Below, piece after piece: positions 9,158 through 17,001 of a stretch of DNA of 64,000 nucleotides; the first letter of the stretch is position 1, and the number at the start of each line of letters is the position of its first letter. A program made the translations under genes and the position numbers. The notes below the pieces were generated by a model. It had not been told where the DNA came from. It searched no databases and worked only from the letters and a program-made list of their open reading frames with translations. This DNA comes from Terriglobia bacterium. Its GTDB lineage: Bacteria > Acidobacteriota > Terriglobia > 20CM-2-55-15. Location of the stretch: contig CBDBIN010000045.1 in the NCBI GenBank assembly GCA_965206125.1, positions 580,531-644,530 on the forward strand. Reading direction: 5' to 3'.

Positions 9158-9717
9158 ACCAATACCTGGTCAAGCTCATCCACGGCCGCTCCGTCTGGGA
9201 CCTCGATTCCGCGGAGCGCGCTCGGCGACATGCCAAATTCGCGACAGACTTTCAAGACGCGTTCCCACGCCTTGTTCTTCATCCCGAAGATTGGATTCTG
9301 GATCGCGTTTCCCTTGTCGGTTCGCTCGATCGGGTCCGCGTCCCGCGCCAGCTCCGAAAAACGGATCCAGTCGGCCAACGCATCGCAGAGGAGAGCCATG
9401 GAGACCGTGTAGTGGCTCGAGTTCAACCGCATCGCGGTGAGCATCGCCGCGATCTTGGGCCACTGTTTGCGGGCCGGGCCCTTCAGCCAGACCGGACATT
9501 TCGCGCGGGTCGCCGGCGGATCCGGCGTGTTACCGTGCCGATCCTCTCGAAAGGTCCCCACGAGCCTCAATTTCGCCTTTGGTGCTGGTCTTCTACCTCT
9601 CAAGTCGCTACTCCCCCGCAATCGAAAACTGCCAAAATCTTCAAACAATTCGGGGCGTCTACACTCGCCCTTTTTTTTCAGCGATTTACCCGCCCCCCCG
9701 TCACCGCCCAAATCCAC
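9154..9717 (-). CDS. terS: phage terminase small subunit, P27 family. The true start is probably internal, near 9590.
   Basis: PAPKAKLRLVGTFREDRHG...CPVWLKGPARKQWPKIAAMLTAMRL...LALLCDALADWIRFSELAR...GNAIQNPIFGMKNKAWERVLKVCREFGMSPSALRGI matches the P27-family pattern. The N-terminal ~40 aa of the ORF look non-native. Overlaps TerL by 4 nt. Confidence 0.7.
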   Translation of the reverse strand: MDLGGDGGAGKSLKKKGECRRPELFEDFGSFRLRGSSDLRGRRPAPKAKLRLVGTFREDRHGNTPDPPATRAKCPVWLKGPARKQWPKIAAMLTAMRLNSSHYTVSMALLCDALADWIRFSELARDADPIERTDKGNAIQNPIFGMKNKAWERVLKVCREFGMSPSALRGIEVPDGAAVDELDQVLV

Positions 9718-10024
9718 CGTCTTCCTTTACCGTCTTGCGGTTGTGGCACGGCGCGCATCCGGCCTGCCAGTTGCTCTGATCCCAAAACCTCTTCTGGTCG
9801 CCGCGGTGAGCAACGATGTGGTCGACAACCGTGCCAGCCGTGATCCGGCCTTCTCGTTTGCAGTCCATCTCGCAGATCGGATGCGCCCGAAGGAACCTCA
9901 ACCGAGCCCTTTGCCATCGACGTCCGTACCCGCGTTTCGCAGCGCTCAGGCTCCGGTGACGCTCACAGCGCAGCCGGCCGCAGCCTAGATGAGTGCACGG
10001 ACGCGGTGCGGCGGTCGGGCTCAT
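9701..10024 (-). CDS. HNH endonuclease, phage-associated
   Basis: CTHLGCGRLRC...VDHIVAHRGD...NWQAGCAPCHNRKT carries the Cys4 plus HNH signature. The arrangement immediately upstream of TerS-TerL is classic. Confidence 0.8.
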   Translation of the reverse strand: MSPTAAPRPCTHLGCGRLRCERHRSLSAAKRGYGRRWQRARLRFLRAHPICEMDCKREGRITAGTVVDHIVAHRGDQKRFWDQSNWQAGCAPCHNRKTVKEDGGFGR

Positions 10025-10248
10025 GCTCGGCTTCGGAACTCCCTGAGTTCTCGTGCTTCGTTGAGCAGCAGCTCGCCGGCAAGCTCGAACGCTTCAGCAG
10101 CGATATCTGGCCAGTCGTCGACGGGGACGTCCGGGTATCTCTCCGCCCTCACGGTCATGACGTCCAATGGGGCGGGTGTCGTGGTAGACCGTCGCGCCTC
10201 AGTGACTATGTGTTCGGTTACGTTGGTGATCAACTGCTGCTGCTTCAT
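10021..10248 (-). CDS. small hypothetical phage protein (75 aa)
   Basis: Overlaps the HNH gene by 4 nt. No recognisable domain. Confidence 0.3.
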   Translation of the reverse strand: MKQQQLITNVTEHIVTEARRSTTTPAPLDVMTVRAERYPDVPVDDWPDIAAEAFELAGELLLNEARELREFRSRA

Positions 10249-10311
10249 GCCTTGCTTGTCCTCCTCAGGAAATAGGGGTAACAGGTGTCAACCGGGTATA
10301 CCCCTTTAGGG

Positions 10312-10490
10312 GTGCGGACGTGGCGGACGTTAATGTTGTTGAGCGGTAACCACTTAAAGTCCGCCAAATGAAATGTGCCTCAGTTGGCTGGCGGACGTTA
10401 TTTTCCCACTTAAATACATGCATGGCAGTCACTTAAAGTCCGCCACCATTTCGTGGCGCGCCATGGCGGACGTTCCTCGTGGCGGACGTT
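10312..10490. repeat. iteron array, putative replication origin of the integrated element. It holds GGCGGACGTT repeats in direct and inverted orientation plus CACTTAAAGTCCGCC repeats.
   Basis: GGCGGACGTT at 10322-10331, 10390-10399, 10465-10474 and 10481-10490, plus a partial copy GCGGACG at 10314-10320. CACTTAAAGTCCGCC (which contains the reverse complement GTCCGCC) at 10351-10365 and 10430-10444, plus a degenerate copy CACTTAAATA at 10407-10416. Lies immediately 3' of the primase-helicase stop at 10491. Confidence 0.6.
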
Positions 10491-12170
10491 TCATACCGTG
10501 AAGAACTCCACCTCACGCCCCAACTTGTCCCTACCGATACGCTGAAGTTCGACTGCATCGGAGATGACCCTCTCCGCCGTTCGGTCACCGATATTGAAGT
10601 CATCCTTAAGGCGATTGATCAGGTCCTGGCGTTTGGCTCGGCCGCCGAGATGCATCAAGGTATTGACGACGTCGCTGAGTCCAACCTTCGTTTCCCGATC
10701 CGCCTCTTTCACGACCTCGTACCATAGGTTGTCCGGGTCTCGGTCGACGATCAGATCCTCCGGGGCTTCGTCGTTGCGTAGCGTGAACGTCAGGCGTTGG
10801 TACCGCCGTCCCTCGATCTTCTTGTAGGGCAGCAACGTCAGGTAAGTGTCGGCGAACGCATCGAAGACTGACGAGCCGCGCATGAGCTGGAACCCGTCCC
10901 GGCCGCTGTCTTTCTGAGGTTTGCCGTGGTGATGGACGATGATCTGGGCCACCTTGAAGACGCTACGGATGTAGCTGAACTTGTCGAGGAGCCGCTGCAT
11001 GCGGTCCGACTTGTTCTCGTCCTGCGAGTGCAACTTGTAGAGCGGATCCCAGATCACCACGTCCGGCCTACGGGCCCGGATAATCCGCATGGCCGCCTTC
11101 AAGCCCTCGTCGTTGTCCAGCTTGATTGGCGGCATGTTGACGATGTCCAAATTGGAACCGGGATCGAATCCTTGCTGGCGCGCGTAGGCGAGCATCTTAC
11201 GTAGCCTGGCAGCGACCGACTTTGCCGAGATCTCCATTTGGAAATAGAGAACTTTCCACTGTCGTTCCACTGGGAACTGGTTAAGGAGGGACTTCCCAGA
11301 TGCGATACAGATGCCGACCATCAACGCCAAGATGCTCTTCCCCATCTTCGAGTAGGCACTGATGACGAGCATGGCCTCGGGCGGCAGGATACCGGAACCG
11401 ATAACCTCGGGGAGCTGCGGGAACGACTTGTCAGCGAGCTCGCTCGCGCTCTCGATGGCGATCGTTCCACGGGGCGTCCAGATCAGTGCACGATCCAAAA
11501 CGTGTTCGGCAAAGACTTCAGCAGAGTGTGTGATCAGGTAATCATCGAGACCCTGCTTCTCGCCGCGTTCCCCAGTGGGGATCCGGCAGATGTTGACTTG
11601 CGCTCCACCCTTGTCTAGAACCGAGGCCAACGCGTTCTCGGCCGCCTGGACCTCACGCTTGGCCACCACATCGCTGTCATAGACGACGTAGACTTGGCGC
11701 TCCCTCCAGGGAATGCGCTTCAGGTCATCGATCAGGGGGACGTCCTTGCTTTTCCAGCACCAGACCCCGGCCAACCCGAGTACGAGGAAGCCGTCGAGGT
11801 CCTGGGCGCCCTTGAGGGCTTTCTTTTCGCCTTCGGTGATGACGACCGGGATCGCTGTATCTTTGAAGATCCCCCCCGTATAGATCGGCGGAACATATAG
11901 GTGATTGCGACCGTTTTTTGCGGTGAGATACTTCGCCGCCCTTCCTGTCGGTCCGCTGAAGGGGTTATCTGGCTTGAATCGAACGAACGCCCGCTGTGTT
12001 CCGTTCGTGCCGGGATATGGGAACGCGAGACCGTCGGAACCTGGGTCGAACCCGAGCAGCTCCGTGGCATCGACGCGCATCACCGAGTGGAGCTCCGCCA
12101 ACTCAATGATCTCGTCACCAAGACCACTTGAACGAAGGTCGGCGAGATGATGATCGCGCAAGTTTCGCAT
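10491..12170 (-). CDS. bifunctional DNA primase / replicative helicase (Toprim-primase N-terminus plus RepA/DnaB-like AAA_25 P-loop helicase)
   Basis: 559 aa. N-terminal acidic Toprim-like region (VYVVYDSDVVAKRE...GLDDYL). Walker A at LVISAYSKMGKSILALMVGICIASGKSLL, Walker B at PDVVIWDPLYKL, and QIIVHHHGKPQK. Confidence 0.75.
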   Translation of the reverse strand: MRNLRDHHLADLRSSGLGDEIIELAELHSVMRVDATELLGFDPGSDGLAFPYPGTNGTQRAFVRFKPDNPFSGPTGRAAKYLTAKNGRNHLYVPPIYTGGIFKDTAIPVVITEGEKKALKGAQDLDGFLVLGLAGVWCWKSKDVPLIDDLKRIPWRERQVYVVYDSDVVAKREVQAAENALASVLDKGGAQVNICRIPTGERGEKQGLDDYLITHSAEVFAEHVLDRALIWTPRGTIAIESASELADKSFPQLPEVIGSGILPPEAMLVISAYSKMGKSILALMVGICIASGKSLLNQFPVERQWKVLYFQMEISAKSVAARLRKMLAYARQQGFDPGSNLDIVNMPPIKLDNDEGLKAAMRIIRARRPDVVIWDPLYKLHSQDENKSDRMQRLLDKFSYIRSVFKVAQIIVHHHGKPQKDSGRDGFQLMRGSSVFDAFADTYLTLLPYKKIEGRRYQRLTFTLRNDEAPEDLIVDRDPDNLWYEVVKEADRETKVGLSDVVNTLMHLGGRAKRQDLINRLKDDFNIGDRTAERVISDAVELQRIGRDKLGREVEFFTV

Positions 12171-12360
12171 TCACGACCTCCGGCGGAGGAGATATTCAAG
12201 TAGGCGGATCCCGGCGCTATGAATGGACCAAAGTCGATGTGCGAACCAAACAATCCCGCGTGTCCTTTTTCTTCGGCTTCAGCCACTACGAGAAGGTGGC
12301 GAGTCTCAAGGTCCCGGGCGATCGGCGGCAGCAGGCCGTGTTCGGATTCGGTTGCGGTCC

Positions 12361-12621
12361 TCACGATGCCCGCCTCCGTTTTGCCAATGTCTCGTCGGCG
12401 ATTCCAGCCAATACGTCCCGCAGGGGACTCGGCCTGGACTCGGTCCGCGGCTGGATCTTTCGACCCTCGAGCCACTTAAGAAAGTCGATCTCACGGATGT
12501 AACGTCGACCCCGCACCAAGAACACCTCACCCGTCCAGTCCTCGAGGAAACGCCGCCCGGTCTTCGCGGACTTGCCGATCGCAGACCCGATCGCGGTGGC
12601 ATCCATGAGTACTGGGCTCAT
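12361..12621 (-). CDS. excisionase/AlpA-like HTH DNA-binding protein, putative
   Basis: LMDATAIGSAIGKSAKTGRRFLEDW...VRGRRYIREIDFLKWLEG fits the AlpA/HTH_17 pattern. Overlaps the alternative ORF 12080..12475 in another frame; only one of the two can be real. Confidence 0.45.
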   Translation of the reverse strand: MSPVLMDATAIGSAIGKSAKTGRRFLEDWTGEVFLVRGRRYIREIDFLKWLEGRKIQPRTESRPSPLRDVLAGIADETLAKRRRAS

Positions 12622-12638
12622 ACAAGATCGCCGGCGGG

Positions 12639-12857
12639 TCAGCTCGCGACCTCTTGGGTGATCGCAGCGGGCTCCTGCAGTTCCTCGGGACTTAAGCCAA
12701 GGATCCGACCGAGCCGCTCCGCCTGAGCTGGATAGGGAACCATGCGACCTGTCTCAATTCGACTGATGTCCGAGGCGGAAACCCTGGCCCGATAGCCGAG
12801 GTCTTGCTGGCTCCACCTGCGCTTTAGTCTTTCTGACTTGCTCTTGTTCAAGTTCAT
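12639..12857 (-). CDS. XRE-family (Cro/CI-type) HTH transcriptional regulator
   Basis: LKRRWSQQDLGYRARVSASDISRIETGRMVPYPAQAERLGRILGLSPEEL is a canonical HTH_3 domain. Divergent from the plus-strand gene at 12906. Confidence 0.7.
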   Translation of the reverse strand: MNLNKSKSERLKRRWSQQDLGYRARVSASDISRIETGRMVPYPAQAERLGRILGLSPEELQEPAAITQEVAS

Positions 12858-12905
12858 GGGCTAAAGTGTACCTAACGCTAATACGTTAGTGAGCGTTATA
12901 TCGTT

Positions 12906-13961
12906 ATGCCTCGAAAAAAAGGATCCGTGGGTCAGGCCAGGTTGATGGCGGCTCAAGGTCAGTGGTTCCGCTTCAGTTCTTACGAAACGGTTTCCTCGAG
13001 CGGCGGGTTTTCACAGCATGTGCGGCCGGCACGTGGCGCAGCGCTGAGCTACTATCGCCCGTTTGATCACTATCCGGAAATCCTCCGGGATTACCTTGAG
13101 CTCGCGCGCGACCTTTCGGTCGATCAGCCCTTCGTGCCCGGTAAGACTGACGAAGAATCGAAGGCTCGAATTCGCGCTCGCGTGAGTAGGAACGCGAGGC
13201 GGGTGATTGGTTTCGCGGAGAGGTATGGGCTTCCTGGAACACTGTGGCAGTGTGACCCACAGATAGACCACGGCTCAATTTTCGTCTTCGATGATCAAGG
13301 CCGGCAGAAGTTCTTCGACGACTACCGGCGCATATTTGTCCAAAGTTCGATTTGGTCGCTGAGCCTCCCAACGGGCCCTTACAAGACGGCAACCGATCTC
13401 ATTGATGCGAAGGAGTTCCTCGGCTACTTCCTTGCCGATCGACTGTCAATTTCGGATGCCCTTAACTTCAACAAGCGCTTTCTTCGGGCCTACGCTGAAC
13501 CGGTTACCTCGATCGAACGCGACAGTGCCGACGCACTGAGAATCGCTGAGGATTGGGAGCGGTACAAGAAGGACGGCCATCAGCCTGAGGACTCTTTCGT
13601 CGATCGAGCTGGCCAGGTGAGGGCCCCTGCAACGTGGCGACAGGAACTCACTGGAGGTTTCGGTATTGGCACTCGTGTGGGTCTTGCCATAAACCTTGAC
13701 GCTAAGCGCGTACGTGTCGATTATCGGTTCTCCTCGCTGATTTCTGCGCTCCGGATCATGTTTACGTTAAATGCCGTCAGCGAAGGCCAGCAGGTCCGGT
13801 TGTGCGCCCTGTCTGAATGTGGTGAGCCATTCATCGCGAGGAACGACCGGGCTCGCTACTGCAGGGAAAGCCATTCGAATACAGATCGTCAACGCAGATT
13901 CGTGAAGAAAAAGTCTGGAGGGATTGATGGGCGTAAGCGTAAGACAAAGAAGAAATCGTAG
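12906..13961 (+). CDS. hypothetical protein with a C-terminal CGNR-like zinc-finger motif and a basic tail
   Basis: C-terminus CALSECGEPFIARNDRARYCRESHSNTDRQRRFVKKK resembles zf-CGNR (C..C..F.....R.YC....C.NR...R). Sits in the regulatory module of the element. Confidence 0.4.
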   Translation: MPRKKGSVGQARLMAAQGQWFRFSSYETVSSSGGFSQHVRPARGAALSYYRPFDHYPEILRDYLELARDLSVDQPFVPGKTDEESKARIRARVSRNARRVIGFAERYGLPGTLWQCDPQIDHGSIFVFDDQGRQKFFDDYRRIFVQSSIWSLSLPTGPYKTATDLIDAKEFLGYFLADRLSISDALNFNKRFLRAYAEPVTSIERDSADALRIAEDWERYKKDGHQPEDSFVDRAGQVRAPATWRQELTGGFGIGTRVGLAINLDAKRVRVDYRFSSLISALRIMFTLNAVSEGQQVRLCALSECGEPFIARNDRARYCRESHSNTDRQRRFVKKKSGGIDGRKRKTKKKS

Positions 13962-15107
13962 CGGCTGGTGGGTCTACTGCCGCCACGCCGGCACCCGCAC
14001 TGCATTCCGGTACGACACCGAGGGAGAAGCCCAGGACGTCGCGAGGGCCTTCCGCTACCGGATCACCCTCGGTGAGCTCGACCTCGAGGCCGTCCGGGCG
14101 GCGACGGAGAAGCAGGAGTCGGAGGTCCCGACGGTGGGCGGGTATTACGAAACAGTCTTTCGACCCGTGTACATCGAAACCGCCGTCGCCGACTCCACGG
14201 CCGTAAAGTACGTGAAGAATTTCAAGATCACATCCTGCCGACATTAGAGACCGTTCCGCTAGATCGCGTAACGCACGAAACGATGGAGGAATTCATCGCA
14301 GCACTGGTCAAGGAAGGACTTGCCAAGGCGACGATCGACACCATCGTGAGCAACCTTCGAAAGCTCTTCAATCATGCGCGGAAACGCAAGCTGGTAGCGG
14401 ATAACCCCGCCAGCGGCCTCAGCGAGCTATACAGCCAGGCGAAGACCAAACATGAAACGGTGGAACCACTGACGCAAGAGGAGGTCCCCGTTTTCCTTGC
14501 GGCAGTCGCCGAGTATGCGCCGCAGTACTACGCGCTATTCGTTACCGCTATCCACACCGGTGTCCGTGCCGGCGAGCTGGCCGGCCTCCAGGTCGGCGAT
14601 ATCGACTTCAGGGGGAAATATCTGATCGTTCGACGCAGCATCGACCGCGTACACCGAAAGGTGGTCCCGACCAAGAGCAAACGGATTCGCCGAGTGGATC
14701 TCTCTGACGAGCTTTGTGTGGTGCTCCAGGAACACATCCGCCGGCAAAAGGAATCGTGGCTCCGCAGTGGGAAGCGACCCGAGCAGGAATGGTTATTCCC
14801 GAACGAAGATGGCGGTTGGTTTGACACCTCCAACCTGGCCAATCGACATTTCCACCGGTGTCTCGCAAAGGCTGGACTGCATCGCCGGCGGTTCCATGAT
14901 CTTCGGCACGGCTTCGCTTCCCTGCTGCTCACAAACGGCGCGCCGATCGCATACGTATCCGAGCAGATGGGACACGCCAGCATCCAGCTCACAGTGAATC
15001 TCTACGGACACCTCCAACCTGGAGCAAACCGACACTGGATGAACAGTCTTCCTGGAATCAACGGCCCGTCCCCGGATGCGACCGAACAAGTCGCCGGCGC
15101 CGTCTGA
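13924..15107 (+). CDS. int: tyrosine-type site-specific integrase, reading frame broken by an apparent -1 frameshift near 14226
   Basis: The N-terminal segment (ORF 13924..14247, ...AVKYVKNFK) continues in the adjacent frame as DHILPTLETVPLDRVTHETMEEFIAALVKEGLAKATIDTIV (core-binding domain). The catalytic domain carries R...HDLRHGFAS...LYGH and a terminal Tyr region. Reconstructing one protein needs reuse of nucleotide 14226. Confidence 0.75.
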
Positions 15108-15147
15108 GGTTGGCAACCAGTGGCAACCAGGCCAAAGAAACACGAAA

Positions 15148-15177
15148 GCCCCGGAGTGGTCCGGGGCTTATCTTATT
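15148..15177 (+). terminator. Rho-independent terminator downstream of int
   Basis: GCCCCGGA-GTGG-TCCGGGGC is an 8-bp GC stem, followed by TTATCTTATT. Confidence 0.55.
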
Positions 15178-15187
15178 AATTCCAAAG

Positions 15188-15259
15188 AGCGGGAAACGGG
15201 ATTCGAACCCGCGACTTCGACCTTGGCAAGGTCGCACTCTACCACTGAGTTATTCCCGC
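15188..15259 (-). tRNA. tRNA-Gly (anticodon GCC)
   Basis: Reverse complement reads GCGGGAATAACTCAGTGGTAGAGTGCGACCTTGCCAAGGTCGAAGTCGCGGGTTCGAATCCCGTTTCCCGCT. Cloverleaf has 7-bp acceptor, 4-bp D, 5-bp anticodon and 5-bp T stems. Anticodon loop is TTGCCAA. Near-identical to E. coli tRNA-Gly(GCC). CCA is not encoded. Confidence 0.85.
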
Positions 15260-15282
15260 CTCGAATTGAGATTATAGTTTCT

Positions 15283-15675
15283 TCAGAAGCGCCGGTTCAA
15301 GTGCTCCCGGAATGCGTCCCGGATGAGCCGATAGATCGGCTCCTCTCCCTCAGGCCGGCGCACGGCCAGGATATCGAACCGATACGGGCGAGGGTTGTCC
15401 CGATAGCGGGAACGGTATGCCCGTGCTGCTGCGATGATGCGGCGCTTCTTCCGGCCACCGACGGCATCCTCCGGATGCGGATCTCCACGGCGAGCTTTCA
15501 CCTCGACAAACACCAGACAGCCGTCATCATCGGCGACGATGTCGATTTCCCCACCGCGCACGCGAAACGGGGAGGCCAGGATTCGATAACCCAGGGAGCG
15601 CAGGTATCGGGCGCCCTCGATCTCGGCCCGCCGTCCGAAACGAACATCCCAGCCCCAGAACAGGGGAAAAGGCAT
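15283..15675 (-). CDS. yraN: YraN-family (UPF0102) endonuclease-like protein
   Basis: GARYLRSLGYRILASPFRVRGGEIDIVADDDGCLVFVEVKAR is the canonical YraN core. Confidence 0.7.
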   Translation of the reverse strand: MPFPLFWGWDVRFGRRAEIEGARYLRSLGYRILASPFRVRGGEIDIVADDDGCLVFVEVKARRGDPHPEDAVGGRKKRRIIAAARAYRSRYRDNPRPYRFDILAVRRPEGEEPIYRLIRDAFREHLNRRF

Positions 15676-15681
15676 GAACTC

Positions 15682-17001
15682 CTATGCGGAGGCCGCGGCC
15701 ACAGCCTCATCGATCGTCTGGAGGGCAAAACGGCATTGCTCTTCGTCAACGAGCAATGGCGGGGACAGTCGGATGGTCGAGCGTCCCGCACCCAGGATAA
15801 GCAGGCCTCGCTTGAAACACTCGTCGACGACCGCATCACGCAACTCGGCGGCGGTCTCTTTCGTCGTCCGGTCCCGGACGAACTCGACGCCGATCATCAG
15901 TCCCAGACCCCGAACATCACCGATGACCGGATGACGCTCCATCAACTCGAGGGCCCCGGTCCGGAGCAGTTCACCCATCTGTCGGCAGTTCTCCAGGTAG
16001 CCGGACTGCAGCAGGTTCAGCGTAGCCGTCGCGGCGGCCAGGCAAACAGGATTGCCTCCAAACGTCGACGCATGCGCGCCCGGCTCCCATTCCATCATCC
16101 CGGCCTGGGCCATCATCACGCCAAGCGGCATTCCCGACGCGACTCCCTTCGCCAGAGTGATGATGTCGGGCTGGTAGTCGAAGTGTTCGAACGCGAACAG
16201 GCGGCCGGTCCTCCCCGAACCCGACTGGACCTCGTCGGCCACCATCAGGATCCCGTGTTCACGCGCGAGCGCCTGCAACCTCGGCAGGAAGTCGTCGGGC
16301 GGGACGATATAACCGCCTTCTCCCTGGACCGTCTCGACGACGAACGCGGCCACTTCGGCCGGATCCAAGGTGGTCTTGAACGCAACGTCCCTGATGTAGG
16401 CAACAGCTCGCTCTCCGCACCCCTCACCGTCCCTGTATGGGTTCGGAAACGGCACGTGAGTCACTCCGGGAACGAGCGGGCTGAACCTCTTCCTCTGGAC
16501 GGGCTTGGAGTTCGTCAACGAAAGCGCGCCGAACGTGCGGCCGTGGAACGCTCCATGGAAGGCGATGTAGTGTTGCCGTCCGGTGTGGTAGCGCGCCAGC
16601 TTCATGGCCGCTTCGACGGCCTCGGCGCCCGAGTTCCCAAAGTAGCAGCGCCAATCGTTGCCGTAAGGCACCAGATTACCGATGGCCTTCGCAAACTCCG
16701 GCATGAGACCGTAGTAGAAATCAGTCCCCGACATGTGAATCAATTCAGCCGCCTGATCCTGTACAGCGCGAACGACGTCGGGATGGCAATGGCCTGTGGA
16801 ACAGACCGCGATCCCCGCGTTGAAATCCAGAAAGCGGTTCTGGTCCACGTCTTCGACGAGCGCCCCCCGACCCCGGGCGGCGACGAATGGATAGGAACGC
16901 GTGTAGGACGGGGAAATCCACCGGCTGTCATCATCGATGATCTTGCGGGCCTTTGGTCCCGGGAGGTCTGTGACGAGGTTGGGCAGCTTATCGCTCATCA
17001 T
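15682..17001 (-). CDS. class-III PLP-dependent aminotransferase (4-aminobutyrate / acetylornithine aminotransferase family)
   Basis: 439 aa. ...FGNSGAEAVEAAMKLAR...ADEVQSGSGRTGRLFAFEH...TLAKGVASGMPLG has the PLP lysine in TLAK. Overlaps cysS by 4 nt. Confidence 0.8.
   Translation of the reverse strand: MMSDKLPNLVTDLPGPKARKIIDDDSRWISPSYTRSYPFVAARGRGALVEDVDQNRFLDFNAGIAVCSTGHCHPDVVRAVQDQAAELIHMSGTDFYYGLMPEFAKAIGNLVPYGNDWRCYFGNSGAEAVEAAMKLARYHTGRQHYIAFHGAFHGRTFGALSLTNSKPVQRKRFSPLVPGVTHVPFPNPYRDGEGCGERAVAYIRDVAFKTTLDPAEVAAFVVETVQGEGGYIVPPDDFLPRLQALAREHGILMVADEVQSGSGRTGRLFAFEHFDYQPDIITLAKGVASGMPLGVMMAQAGMMEWEPGAHASTFGGNPVCLAAATATLNLLQSGYLENCRQMGELLRTGALELMERHPVIGDVRGLGLMIGVEFVRDRTTKETAAELRDAVVDECFKRGLLILGAGRSTIRLSPPLLVDEEQCRFALQTIDEAVAAASA

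Larger units (their letters stand above)
2300..15259. mobile_element. decayed phage-derived integrative element (cryptic prophage or satellite-like) inserted next to tRNA-Gly; left boundary approximate
   Basis: The integrase abuts the tRNA 3' end. The element holds TerS, TerL, HNH, tape measure, primase-helicase, iterons, and XRE and excisionase-like regulators. Portal, capsid, tail tube and lysis genes are absent. GC drops to roughly 50% across 2300-3310. No attL copy was located. Confidence 0.5.

Noticed and set aside
12080-12475. 131-aa minus-strand ORF overlapping both the primase-helicase start and the excisionase-like ORF
   Set aside because: It overlaps two better-supported genes in different frames and shows no recognisable motif. 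Kept only as an alternative if the excisionase-like call fails.
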